Source: Patescibacteria group bacterium (lineage in GTDB: Bacteria > Patescibacteriota > Minisyncoccia > UBA6257 > 2-01-FULL-56-20). From it: DNA of 64,000 bases. This document shows, in pieces, positions 8,684 to 17,522 of the stretch. Each line of letters starts with the position of its first letter. Positions within the stretch are counted from its first letter, which is position 1. The translations under genes were made by a program, and so were the position numbers. The stretch spans positions 4,820 through 68,819 of the forward strand of contig JAGWKM010000003.1 of the NCBI GenBank assembly GCA_028865305.1. Reading direction: 5' to 3'. The notes beneath the pieces are model-generated. The model was not told where the DNA came from and did not search any database. It worked only from the letters and a program-made list of their open reading frames with translations.

Positions 8684-9370
8684 ATGAGTAAGGAACTCTC
8701 CAAAATCATCAGGAAAATCCGCACTGGAAAAGGATTTTCCCAGCTTGAAATTGCGCAAAAACTTGGCATTTCGCGGCCTTCTTATATTGCAATCGAGCAA
8801 GGGAAACGGGAATTGACCCTTAAGGAGGCGCAGGCGCTGGCGCAGATTTTTGGCATGGACTTGAAAGAAATGGAAAAAGGATTGGCCCCCAACAGTGAGA
8901 AATACAAGCAGATGATTCTCGCGTACCTACGGGAGGCGGTACCGGCAGATGGGAGGATTCCCAAAACGAAACTGGCAAAACTGCTTTACCTGGCGGATTT
9001 CGCCTGGTTTTACGACCATTTAGAGAGCATGAGCGGCATGCCGTATCGCAAGTTCCAGTATGGACCGGTGCCGGATATCTATTTCCGCGTGATCGATGAG
9101 CTCTTTGGCGAGGGAAAAATCAAAATAGAAAACACGGAAGACGGGGCAATGCTGATTTCGGAAACAAGAGGCGGACGCCGCGATGAACTTCCCGCATTAA
9201 ATGCGGAAGAAAAGGAATTGATCAGAAAAATATCGAAAAAATGGAAAAACAAGCGGACGCAGGAAATCGTGGCGTTCACCCATAAGCAGTTGCCCTACAT
9301 GGTTTCGCATGATGATGAGATTATCCCTTATGAGGTGATCACCCAGGAAAATCCCGAAGATGTCTATTGA
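8684..9370 (+). CDS. XRE-family HTH fused to DUF4065 (Panacea/SocA-like) domain; candidate antitoxin
   Basis: N-terminal IRKIRTGKGFSQLEIAQKLGISRPSYIAIEQGKRELTL is a Cro/C1-type HTH. The C-terminal KTKLAKLLYLADFAWFYDHLESMSGMPYRKFQYGPVP matches the DUF4065 signature. Confidence 0.75.
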   Translation: MSKELSKIIRKIRTGKGFSQLEIAQKLGISRPSYIAIEQGKRELTLKEAQALAQIFGMDLKEMEKGLAPNSEKYKQMILAYLREAVPADGRIPKTKLAKLLYLADFAWFYDHLESMSGMPYRKFQYGPVPDIYFRVIDELFGEGKIKIENTEDGAMLISETRGGRRDELPALNAEEKELIRKISKKWKNKRTQEIVAFTHKQLPYMVSHDDEIIPYEVITQENPEDVY

Positions 9371-9752
9371 TTATGCCGTCATCATTGAAAAATTTGCCGA
9401 GCGCCACTATATAAAACGGTTTCAAAAGAAGTATAAAGGGGCGTGGGACGCAACGGTACGGGCCCTCATGCAGGAGTTCCGTGTTTTTGATGCCCTATTT
9501 GAGAAAAGCATTGCGGAAACGATTACGGATCGGGGAAGCGCAAAGGTTTGCAAGACCGAGTTCAAGATCTCCGGCACGCAGGAATCCCGGCATGGATCCG
9601 GAAACCGTTGCATTGTGGCAATAGAGAAGGAAACACGGGTCGTCCGCGTCCTTTTGGTTTATCATAAAAATGATTTGGGAGGCGAGAATGAAACGGCGCA
9701 GTGGAAGCAAATAATCAAGGAAAATTATCCGGAATATCGGGAATTGCTTTAA
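9360..9752 (+). CDS. Hypothetical 130-aa protein, candidate toxin partner of the Panacea-domain protein
   Basis: Start overlaps the upstream stop by 11 nt (translational coupling). Small basic protein; family not recognised. Confidence 0.55.
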   Translation: MSIDYAVIIEKFAERHYIKRFQKKYKGAWDATVRALMQEFRVFDALFEKSIAETITDRGSAKVCKTEFKISGTQESRHGSGNRCIVAIEKETRVVRVLLVYHKNDLGGENETAQWKQIIKENYPEYRELL

Positions 9753-9788
9753 CTTGGAATTTTGAAGCTCTGAACCTATGATGCGAAA

Positions 9789-10859
9789 TTATTCCGGCGC
9801 CAGATAATCCGGCCCGTACGTGGCTACGCTGGAACTGCCCGCTCTTGCTTCCATTTCATAGTAATACGGCATATTGACGGCGCTGTCGACAACCTGCAGC
9901 GAATAACGGGTGGTGGGCAGGTTCTTTTCGGTCAAAAACGGTTGCCAGGGGCCGCCGGGGTTTGGCGAGCGCATGATGATCAACGTATCAATCTGCGGCG
10001 GGAGGTTTTGCCAGCCGATTTCGATGCCCTGATACGCGTGCTGGACCCAGAAGATCGGCGAGCCGCTGGCGGCATAGGCAACGATTTGCACCTGCGGATT
10101 GTAGTAAGGCGTTCCGGAAGGGGAGGATGTTATTGGATATTGGCTATTAGTTGGCGAAGAACTGGGATTCTGGTCATCCGATGGGGGAGTCGGGTTCGGG
10201 GAGAAGTTGTTATTATTTTGGTTCGATGATGTCGTTTGCTGGTTGCTGGTTGCTGGTTGCTGGTTGCTGGTTGCTGGTCCGGGCGGCATTCCGGTGGTCG
10301 AGGTTGTCACGGCGGGCGTGATGAAGCCCGAAGTCCAAAGCGTTTGCTGGTCGCCGGTCGCCGACAGCTGGTTTCCCGCAAACTCAAGCGTCGTCGTCGC
10401 GCCAATCGGCAATTTCCCGACCTGTTGCGCCGAAATGGCCGTGACGGCGTAAACCGAACAGCGCTCATACCATTTGCCGAGCGCGATTTCCCGGTTGCCG
10501 GCCGAAAGTTCTCCGGAGGAAAGCAGGATTTCCCGCCAGAGCGTCCAGGTCGAACTCGTGGTCGGATGCATCAGGGCCGAACAGAAAAGATCGAGCGCGG
10601 CGGTTTCAGCCGGCAGGTTGGCCCATTGCACGATGAGCGAGTTGCCGGTTTTGAGGTGGCGGATGGTGAGCGAAATGGAAGGCGGCGGCGGAGGACCGGG
10701 AGGAGGTTGCTGCTCATTGCCGGCCACCGGCTGCTGGCTGCTTGTTGATCGAAAAAATGCCGATCCGCCGATGGCAAGAAAGAAGACGAGAAGCGCAAGG
10801 CCGAATCCGCCGATGGTGAAAAGGAAAAATTTTCGGGACATTTGTTTTTTATGGCGCAA
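9789..10859 (-). CDS. Membrane-anchored secreted protein with Pro/Ser/Thr/Asn/Gln-rich linker
   Basis: N-terminal TM segment FFLFTIGGFGLALLVFFLAIGG. Low-complexity PATSNQQPATSNQQTTSSNQNNNN is encoded by a 7-nt microsatellite. Confidence 0.65.
   Translation of the reverse strand: MRHKKQMSRKFFLFTIGGFGLALLVFFLAIGGSAFFRSTSSQQPVAGNEQQPPPGPPPPPSISLTIRHLKTGNSLIVQWANLPAETAALDLFCSALMHPTTSSTWTLWREILLSSGELSAGNREIALGKWYERCSVYAVTAISAQQVGKLPIGATTTLEFAGNQLSATGDQQTLWTSGFITPAVTTSTTGMPPGPATSNQQPATSNQQTTSSNQNNNNFSPNPTPPSDDQNPSSSPTNSQYPITSSPSGTPYYNPQVQIVAYAASGSPIFWVQHAYQGIEIGWQNLPPQIDTLIIMRSPNPGGPWQPFLTEKNLPTTRYSLQVVDSAVNMPYYYEMEARAGSSSVATYGPDYLAPE
10236..10277. repeat. Perfect heptanucleotide microsatellite (TTGCTGG)x6 inside a CDS
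   Basis: Six exact tandem units counted by hand. On the coding (minus) strand, CCAGCAA x6 encodes PATSNQQ twice. Confidence 0.95.
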
Positions 10860-10969
10860 TGGCTAACGACGCAGCGATGACGAGTGAACTCATTGTGTCA
10901 CTGCGCCATTAATTTGATGCTCTCTTCTATTTTACAATATTGCCATGCCGGTATGGTACAATGAACCAT

Positions 10970-11362
10970 ATGGACGACTTACCTCCGCTGATTTTGGTGG
11001 TGGACGACGAAGAGAACTTCCGTGAAATTTTCCGGACCAAGCTTACTGCGGCGGGCTTTCGCGTTGAGACAGCCGTGAACGGCGCGGAAGGGGTCCAGAA
11101 AGCGAAACAATTGAAGCCGAAACTGGTGCTTATGGACGTAAAGATGCCCGTGATGGATGGCGCGGCCGCAGCGCTTGCCTTGCGCGAGGATCCCGAAACA
11201 AGGAATGTCAAAGTGGCTTTTTTGACGAGCTTGGGCGACCCGCGGGCGGATATGCGGCCGGTTGATGACGCGTTTTCGAAGGATTTCGGCGCCGATCAGT
11301 ATCTCAAAAAGACCGATGACCTGGATATGCTCGCGGGCAAAGTGAAGGCATTGCTAGGATGA
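10970..11362 (+). CDS. Single-domain response regulator (CheY-like receiver)
   Basis: ILVVDDEENFREI...KPKLVLMDVKMPVMDG...KVAFLTSLGD receiver motifs. The extended -10 TGgTACAAT (10954-10962) favours leaderless ATG 10970; ATG 10961 is the alternative. Confidence 0.8.
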   Translation: MDDLPPLILVVDDEENFREIFRTKLTAAGFRVETAVNGAEGVQKAKQLKPKLVLMDVKMPVMDGAAAALALREDPETRNVKVAFLTSLGDPRADMRPVDDAFSKDFGADQYLKKTDDLDMLAGKVKALLG

Positions 11363-11457
11363 ACCCTGATAGCCGGTAATAATTTCTGAGTCGTATATAA
11401 TAAATAGGCCTTTGCCGTCCCGGGCGCGATCGCGGGATCCGGAGGTTTTAATTTGAA

Positions 11458-13875
11458 ATGCCGAATTCCGAACACCAAAACGATTCCGCCATTCCCACTA
11501 TCCTCGTTGTCCTTGGCGCCACGGGCGACCTGATGGCGAAAAAAATCGTCCCGGCGGTCTTTAATTTGCATGCCAAGAAGGAATTGCCGCCGAAGTTCGA
11601 ATTTGTCGGCGTTTCGCGGCGCGACTGGACGGATGAGGACTTCAGGAAACATGTCCGGGGGATTTTGGATGCGAAAGGCCTGGCATCCGATGTCCGGCGG
11701 ACGCCGGACATCGGATCATTTTTGGACTTGACCTGCTATCATCGGTTGGCTTTCGGCCAACTTGCCGATTATGCGGCGCTCAAGGAAAAACTGGAAAAAA
11801 TCGACGCGCGCTGGGGCGTTTGCACGAACAAGCTTTTTTATCTTTCCGTGCCGCCGCAATTCTACGATGAGATTTTCGAGAATCTGCATCGGAGCCATCT
11901 GACGGACCCGTGTTCGCCGGAAGAAGGGTGGACGCGCGTGATCGTCGAAAAACCGTTCGGCAGCGATGAAAAAACCGCGAAGCAGCTCGATGCCAAGCTC
12001 GCAAAGCTTTTTAAGGAAGAGCAAATTTACCGCATCGACCATTATTTGGCCAAGGAAATGCTGCAGAACATTTTGGCGTTCCGGTTTGAAAATAATCTTT
12101 TTGAAAATGAATGGAATGCGGAATTCATCGAACGCATCAATATCCGGATGTACGAGACAATTGGCGTGGAGGATCGCGGAGCGTTTTACGACGGCGTTGG
12201 CGCCCTGCGGGATGTCGGGCAAAACCATCTGTTGCAGATGCTTGCGCTCGTAACCATGGAGCGGCCTCTCCTTCATCAAGGCCGCGGAGAGCAAGCCGCT
12301 GGATTTGGCGCCGAAGCAGTGCGGGCGGCCCGTGCCGATATTTTGGAGCGGCTTGAAATTCCGACGCTGAAGCAGGCCGCCGACCGGTCGTTCCGGGCGC
12401 AGTATGACGGCTTTCAGCTGATTAAAGGTGTCGCTCCGGATTCCCAAACCGAAACCTATTTTAAGATCCTCGGTTTTCTGGACCATCCGCGCTGGGCCGG
12501 CGTGCCGATCTATATGGAAAGCGGCAAGCGGTTGCGGGAGGACGTGAATGAGATCGAAATCCTGCTTGGAGGCGGAAAAAATAAAGTGATTATCCAGATT
12601 GAACCGACGGAAAGCATCACGGTGGTTTTTTGTTCAAAAAAGCCGGGGCACGGATTCGAAACGGAAGAGCGCCGGCTGACATTTGATTTTCGCGAGGGTA
12701 AACCGCGGCCGCAATATACGGAAGAATACGAAAAGCTGATTCTGGATTGCATCGCCGGCGACCAGACGCTCTTCGTGTCGAGCCGCGAAATTGCCGCCAT
12801 GTGGAGGTTTACGGATCCGTTCAGCAAGGCGTGGAACAGGGAACAAGAGACGGGGAAAAGGGAAGTTACAGCCCTAAACCATTATCGACCCAATTCTGAT
12901 GAAATAATCATAAAAGCAGAAGAAAAGTTGAATTCCCTGTCCCTTGTCTCATGTTCCCTGTCTCTCGCCCTCATCGGCCTCGGCAAGATGGGCGCGAATC
13001 TTGCGCGGAACTTGCGCGAGCACGGCTGGCATGTCGTCGTATATAACCGCACCCCGGAGAAAACCGCAGAATTGGAAAAAGAAGGTTTCGAAGGCGCGCG
13101 GAGTCTGGAGGAGTTGGTCCGAAAGGTATCCCATTCTCCATTCTCCATTCCCCATTCTCCTCGGATGTTTTGGCTCATGGTGACCGCCGGCAAACCTGTC
13201 GACGACCTATTATCCAATCTCATGCCGTTGCTCAAGAGAGGCGATATCGTGATCGACGGCGGGAATTCGTTCTTTGAAGATTCCATGCGCCGCGCGAAAC
13301 TGCTCGAGAAAAAGGGCATAAAATTCCTTGATGCCGGCGTTTCCGGCGGGCCATCGGGTGCACGGAACGGCGCCTGCATGATGATCGGCGGCGACCGCGA
13401 GGCATTCGGAAAATTAGAGCCGCTCTTCCGCGACGGCTCGGTTCCGGGCGGCTATGCCTATTTCGGCAATGCTGGCGCGGGCCATTTCGTTAAAATGGTC
13501 CACAACGGCATCGAATATGGCATGATGCAGTCAATCGCGGAAGGGTTCGCGCTCATGAAGAAATCTCCGTTCAAATTGGACCTTGCACAGGTTGCGCGCA
13601 TTTATCAACATCAAAGCGTCATTGAATCGCGCCTCGTTGGCTGGCTCGAGAGCGGGTTCAAGGAGTTCGGTCAGGACTTGAAAAAAGTCTCCGGCACGGT
13701 GAATGCGACCGGCGAAGGCGAGTGGACCATAAAAACCGGCAAAAAATGGGGAATGAAACTCGCCGTGATCGAGGACGCTTTCAAATTTCGCATGAAATCA
13801 AAAAAGTCGCCGAGTTATATCGGTAAGATTTTATCGGCGTTAAGGAACCAGTTCGGCGGCCACTCCATAAAATAA
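11458..13875 (+). CDS. zwf: Fused glucose-6-phosphate dehydrogenase / 6-phosphogluconate dehydrogenase (short Gnd type)
   Basis: N-terminal half has LGATGDLMAKKIVPA, EKPFGSD and RIDHYLAKEMLQNILAFRFEN (G6PD). The C-terminal ~300 aa has LIGLGKMGANLARNL, VIDGGNS, LDAGVSGGPSGARNGACMMIGG and GAGHFVKMVHNGIEYGMMQ (6PGDH). One uninterrupted 805-aa ORF. Confidence 0.85.
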   Translation: MPNSEHQNDSAIPTILVVLGATGDLMAKKIVPAVFNLHAKKELPPKFEFVGVSRRDWTDEDFRKHVRGILDAKGLASDVRRTPDIGSFLDLTCYHRLAFGQLADYAALKEKLEKIDARWGVCTNKLFYLSVPPQFYDEIFENLHRSHLTDPCSPEEGWTRVIVEKPFGSDEKTAKQLDAKLAKLFKEEQIYRIDHYLAKEMLQNILAFRFENNLFENEWNAEFIERINIRMYETIGVEDRGAFYDGVGALRDVGQNHLLQMLALVTMERPLLHQGRGEQAAGFGAEAVRAARADILERLEIPTLKQAADRSFRAQYDGFQLIKGVAPDSQTETYFKILGFLDHPRWAGVPIYMESGKRLREDVNEIEILLGGGKNKVIIQIEPTESITVVFCSKKPGHGFETEERRLTFDFREGKPRPQYTEEYEKLILDCIAGDQTLFVSSREIAAMWRFTDPFSKAWNREQETGKREVTALNHYRPNSDEIIIKAEEKLNSLSLVSCSLSLALIGLGKMGANLARNLREHGWHVVVYNRTPEKTAELEKEGFEGARSLEELVRKVSHSPFSIPHSPRMFWLMVTAGKPVDDLLSNLMPLLKRGDIVIDGGNSFFEDSMRRAKLLEKKGIKFLDAGVSGGPSGARNGACMMIGGDREAFGKLEPLFRDGSVPGGYAYFGNAGAGHFVKMVHNGIEYGMMQSIAEGFALMKKSPFKLDLAQVARIYQHQSVIESRLVGWLESGFKEFGQDLKKVSGTVNATGEGEWTIKTGKKWGMKLAVIEDAFKFRMKSKKSPSYIGKILSALRNQFGGHSIK
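12934..12968. repeat. Heptad-periodic array (TCCCTGT-like x5) forming the zwf-gnd linker
   Basis: tccctgt cccttgt ctcatgt tccctgt ctctcgc read directly. Encodes SLSLVSCSLSLA. Confidence 0.8.
13129..13162. repeat. CTCCATT-family heptad array in frame inside the gnd half
   Basis: tcccattctccattctccattccccattctcctc encodes SHSPFSIPHSP. Confidence 0.9.
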
Positions 13876-13879
13876 AAAG

Positions 13880-13899
13880 GCGCCGCGGAGATGCGGCGC
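13880..13899. terminator. Bidirectional hairpin GCGCCGC-GGAGAT-GCGGCGC between convergent genes
   Basis: A-tract upstream on the plus strand, so a T-tract on the minus strand. Sits between the zwf-gnd stop and the minus-strand Zn-ribbon gene stop. Confidence 0.6.
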
Positions 13900-13912
13900 A
13901 GAGAAGCCGGGA

Positions 13913-14161
13913 TTAATCATCGGGCTCGGGGTCGTATGCTGTCTTGATCAGGTTCCAGTCCTGGGGAACCTGGCCAGCATTGGCCATGGCAGCCCTGCAG
14001 TTCGGGCAGTCGGGCGGAGTCGCTTCGGTCGGTTCGCGCATCAAAAAGATATGGCGCCGGCAGGAACTGCAATTCACCATGACCATGCCGACGGTGCTTT
14101 CGTATCCTTGCGCTACCCACACGGCTGCAGTAGGCGGCGGCCCTGCGAATTCAGTGATCAT
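13913..14161 (-). CDS. Small zinc-ribbon protein (82 aa)
   Basis: CSSC...CPNC cysteine pairs, followed on the minus strand by a hairpin and T-tract. No family recognised. Confidence 0.5.
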   Translation of the reverse strand: MITEFAGPPPTAAVWVAQGYESTVGMVMVNCSSCRRHIFLMREPTEATPPDCPNCRAAMANAGQVPQDWNLIKTAYDPEPDD

Positions 14162-14209
14162 ATTGTAAAGCTCCCGAGGGAATTGTAATCTTGGTAATAC
14201 CAGAGGTCA

Positions 14210-15634
14210 ATGGAACATAGGCATAAAAAAATCGCAATCCTCGGTTTCGGCAAAGAAGGATATTCGGCGCTCCGGTTTTTGCGGCGCGAACCGCGGTACC
14301 GGCATTCTGATATTTGGATCCTTGATAAGAATGAAAATATAAAGCTGCCCCGCGGCGTTTTTTCACAGCTCGGAGAACATTATCGGGAAGGCCTGGATCG
14401 CTTCGACCTCGTCATCCGTTCGCCGGGGATCTGTTATAAAGCATCAAACGCGACCAGTCCGACCAGAATCTTTTTCGAACATTGCCCGGCGCCGATCATC
14501 GGCGTGACGGGGACGAAGGGAAAGGGAACGACGTCAACGTTGATATATAAGATTCTGAGGGAATGGAGAATGGAGAATGGAGAATGGAATAAAGTTTTTC
14601 TCGTGGGGAATATCGGGAAACCGGCACTGGATATCCTGCCGAAATTGGATAAGAAATCAATTGTTGTCTATGAAATGTCGAGCTTCCAATTGGTCGACTT
14701 GAGACAGAGCCCGCATATCGCGGTGGCGCTCATGATCACTTCGGAACACCTTGATTGGCATAAGAACGTCAAAGAATATCGCGACGCGAAATCGAATATC
14801 GTGAGATACCAGCAAGCAAAAGATTTCGCAGTGTTGGCGCAGGATTATCCAGCAAGCCGGGCTTTCGCAAAATTGACTAAGACAAGCATTTTTTCATTCA
14901 CCCGAAGCGCTGCGCTAAAAAAGGATTATATCCGACGATCGTCCAATCTAATCCTTCGGGGCGCATGGGTTGAGGACGGCTGGTTCTACTTTTCGGATGG
15001 AAAAAAGAAGGAGAAAATTTGCGCGACGGCGGATCTGCAGATACCCGGCGAGCACAACTGGGAAAACGTCGGCGCGGCAATCACGGTGGCGAAGATTCTA
15101 AAAGTGCCGAACGGGGTCATTGCGGAAACGATCCGCAGGTTCAAAGGATTAGAGCACCGGCTCGAATTTGTCGCAAAAAAAGACGGAATCCGCTTCTACA
15201 ATGATTCATATTCCACGACGCCGGAAACGGCGATTGCCGCAATCAGAGCATTCAAGGAACCGAAAATCCTGATCCTCGGCGGTTCATCAAAGGGCAGTGA
15301 TTTCAGGGAATTGGGAGAGGTCATTTCGAAATCGGGCAGCATCCGGGGAATCATCGGGATCGGTGTCGAATGGAAAAGGATAAAGGAGGCAATTCCGACG
15401 CGAAGGCGGAAGGCCATTTCCGCAGATAGAATTTCGTCGCAGGCCGCCGGCCATGAATCAGCGATCCCGGTCGTCGAGAACTGCAAAACCATGAATCAGA
15501 TCGTCCGGGCCGCAAGAAAGCTCGCAAAACCGGGCGATGTAGTCCTCTTGTCGCCGGGTTGCGCCTCGTTCGGAATGTTTAAGAATTACAGCGACCGCGG
15601 CGTGCAGTTCAAGCGAGAGGTGAATGGTGTATAA
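14210..15634 (+). CDS. murD: UDP-N-acetylmuramoylalanine--D-glutamate ligase
   Basis: KIAILGFGKEGYS, GVTGTKGKGTTSTL, GLEHRLEFV and SPGCASFGMFKNYSDRG are classic MurD/Mur-ligase motifs. Confidence 0.9.
   Translation: MEHRHKKIAILGFGKEGYSALRFLRREPRYRHSDIWILDKNENIKLPRGVFSQLGEHYREGLDRFDLVIRSPGICYKASNATSPTRIFFEHCPAPIIGVTGTKGKGTTSTLIYKILREWRMENGEWNKVFLVGNIGKPALDILPKLDKKSIVVYEMSSFQLVDLRQSPHIAVALMITSEHLDWHKNVKEYRDAKSNIVRYQQAKDFAVLAQDYPASRAFAKLTKTSIFSFTRSAALKKDYIRRSSNLILRGAWVEDGWFYFSDGKKKEKICATADLQIPGEHNWENVGAAITVAKILKVPNGVIAETIRRFKGLEHRLEFVAKKDGIRFYNDSYSTTPETAIAAIRAFKEPKILILGGSSKGSDFRELGEVISKSGSIRGIIGIGVEWKRIKEAIPTRRRKAISADRISSQAAGHESAIPVVENCKTMNQIVRAARKLAKPGDVVLLSPGCASFGMFKNYSDRGVQFKREVNGV
14557..14590. 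repeat. GAGAATG-family heptad array in frame inside murD
   Basis: gagggaatggagaatggagaatggagaatggaat encodes REWRMENGEWNK just after the P-loop region. Confidence 0.9.
14921..14956. repeat. Family-C palindrome copy 1 (imperfect), in frame inside murD
   Basis: aaggattatatccgacgatcgtccaatctaatcctt encodes KDYIRRSSNLIL. It is related to the copies at 34854 and 57573. Confidence 0.75.
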
Positions 15635-15711
15635 TGAGAAAAATGGAAAATGTATAATGGAGAATGTGTAATGGGTTGACCCATTCTACATTCTTCGTTA
15701 TACATTCTACT
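15621..15711. repeat. Heptad-periodic hairpin element (purine arm / GGGTTGACCC centre / pyrimidine arm) between murD and gap
   Basis: tgaatggtgtataatgagaaaaatggaaaatgtataatggagaatgtgtaatgggtt | gacccattctacattcttcgttatacattctac. Contains the murD stop codon (TAA 15632-15634). Confidence 0.85.
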
Positions 15712-15721
15712 TGATTATCAA

Positions 15722-16765
15722 ATGGCTAAAACACGCATTGCAATCAACGGTTTTGGGCGGATCGGGCGGCTCTTTTTCCGGGCGGCGTTTGGATTGGAAA
15801 ATGTCGAGATTGTGGCCATCAATGACCTTGGCGACGTGGAAAATTTGGCCTATCTTCTGAAGTACGATACGGTGTACGGCCGGTATGGCAAGGCGGTGAT
15901 GGCTAAACCGGCGGCGGGCGGGGAACCGGGAACCCTGGAAGTGCAGGGAGCGCAGATAAAATTTTTACAGATAAAAGATCCGACCCAGTTGCCGTGGAAG
16001 GACCTCGCGATCGACATCGTGGTAGAATCGACCGGTTTGTTTGATTCCTATGAAAAATCAAAAGTGCATCTCGAAGCGGGCGCGAAGCGGGTCGTGATCA
16101 CGGCGCCGGCGAAGGATGCTGACGGTGATATGGGTAAAACGGTTTTGATCGGCGTGAATGAGGACCAGTTCAAGACCTGCCCGATCACCTCAAACGGTTC
16201 CTGCACAACGAACTCGGCCTCGCCCGTAATCCAGGTGCTTTCCGAAAATCCGGGTATCGTGAAGGCGACGCTTTCAACCGTGCATGCCTACACCGCGACG
16301 CAAAGTTTGGTGGACGGCCCGATCCGCGGCGGCCATGATTTCCGCAAGGGCCGCGCGGCGGCGCATAACACGGTGCCTGAAACGACGGGTGCCGCGATTT
16401 CCGTCGCTCGCGCGATCCCCGAACTGAAGGACAAGTTCGACGGCGTGTCGTTCCGCGTGCCGAACATCACCGGCTCGATTTCGGACATCACCTTTATTGC
16501 CAAGAGGCCGACGAGTGTCGAGGAGATCAACCAGATTCTGACCGATGCGGCAAATTCCGAGCGCTGGCAGGGGATCCTGAAAGTGACGACCGACCAGCTC
16601 GTCTCATCCGACATTATCGGCGAACCCTACGGCGCCATCGTACCGCTCGACCTTACGAAAGTCATCGATGGGGATCTCGTAAAAGTGTTAAGCTGGTACG
16701 ACAACGAGAGCGGGTACGTGAGCACATTGGTGAAACACATACAGAAGGTGGTCGAAGTACTTTGA
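15722..16765 (+). CDS. gap: Type I glyceraldehyde-3-phosphate dehydrogenase
   Basis: RIAINGFGRIGR, active-site SNGSCTTNS and WYDNESGY motifs. Confidence 0.92.
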   Translation: MAKTRIAINGFGRIGRLFFRAAFGLENVEIVAINDLGDVENLAYLLKYDTVYGRYGKAVMAKPAAGGEPGTLEVQGAQIKFLQIKDPTQLPWKDLAIDIVVESTGLFDSYEKSKVHLEAGAKRVVITAPAKDADGDMGKTVLIGVNEDQFKTCPITSNGSCTTNSASPVIQVLSENPGIVKATLSTVHAYTATQSLVDGPIRGGHDFRKGRAAAHNTVPETTGAAISVARAIPELKDKFDGVSFRVPNITGSISDITFIAKRPTSVEEINQILTDAANSERWQGILKVTTDQLVSSDIIGEPYGAIVPLDLTKVIDGDLVKVLSWYDNESGYVSTLVKHIQKVVEVL

Positions 16766-17000
16766 GGATATTTGAAATCAAAATACCATAATCCCGCAAA
16801 TCAGCCGCAACCCGGAGGGCTCTGGCCAAATGCGGCAATAGCTGCGTTCCAAGGAATCCGCAGTGCGCCCAGCACAGCGGATTTCTTGTGTCTTGTTCTT
16901 GCCGCATTTGACCGAGAGCGCGAGCGGAAGATTTTCGAGATGGGGGTCTGCTTTGCCGCCTGGATTCAAGTATGCCGGGGTGGAATAGAAAAGTCCGGTA

Positions 17001-17522
17001 TCAATTGTCCCTTGCCCATTTCTTTGCTCTTTCCGCAAGTGCATCAAGAAACTCGTGTTTCCCATGACTGTAGGATCGATAATCGTTCGGATATTTATTC
17101 AATAGTTTCTGCTTGAGCGCCTCGTATGCCTTAACTGTTTCAGGATGCGCGCGGAGGTAGTCGCGGATATTAAGAATACGCGGCACATGTTCATGGTTCT
17201 TTTTAAAGAAATGGATGTTATAGAGCTTAGTTTCTCCTCTAAATTTTTCGAGCAAGCGGCTATTCGGTTTTACATAATTCGAGCGGAATACATAACCCAG
17301 CTTTTCAAATTTCGTTTTAGCACGGTCAAGTGCATGAAATTCTTTGACGATAACAAGCATATCCACGATCGGCTTTGCACTCATGCCTTTTACCGATGTG
17401 CTGCCGACATGATGGATTTCCAGAGCCGCTTTGCCTAAAACTCGCTTAATTAATTTCTCTTGTATACGAAAACGCCGCTGCCAATTTGCGGTGTATTTTT
17501 CTACGGAGTAATTTCTTGTCAT
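17001..17522 (-). CDS. GrpB-family protein (nucleotidyltransferase-fold)
   Basis: IHHVGSTSVKGMSAKPIVDMLVIV ... RDYLRAHPETVKAYEALK is typical of the GrpB domain. Lies in an AT-rich region. Confidence 0.7.
   Translation of the reverse strand: MTRNYSVEKYTANWQRRFRIQEKLIKRVLGKAALEIHHVGSTSVKGMSAKPIVDMLVIVKEFHALDRAKTKFEKLGYVFRSNYVKPNSRLLEKFRGETKLYNIHFFKKNHEHVPRILNIRDYLRAHPETVKAYEALKQKLLNKYPNDYRSYSHGKHEFLDALAERAKKWARDN

Noticed and set aside
11716-12486. 256-aa minus-strand ORF inside zwf
   Set aside because: It is a shadow frame of a clearly conserved G6PD sequence.
16766-17000. Possible ncRNA or pseudogene between gap and the GrpB gene (contains GAAAAGTCCGG, faintly RNase-P-like)
   Set aside because: Only one short motif resemblance, with no supporting helices or second conserved region. 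The ORFs there (16772-17116 +, 16778-17065 -) have no recognisable similarity. Left unannotated.
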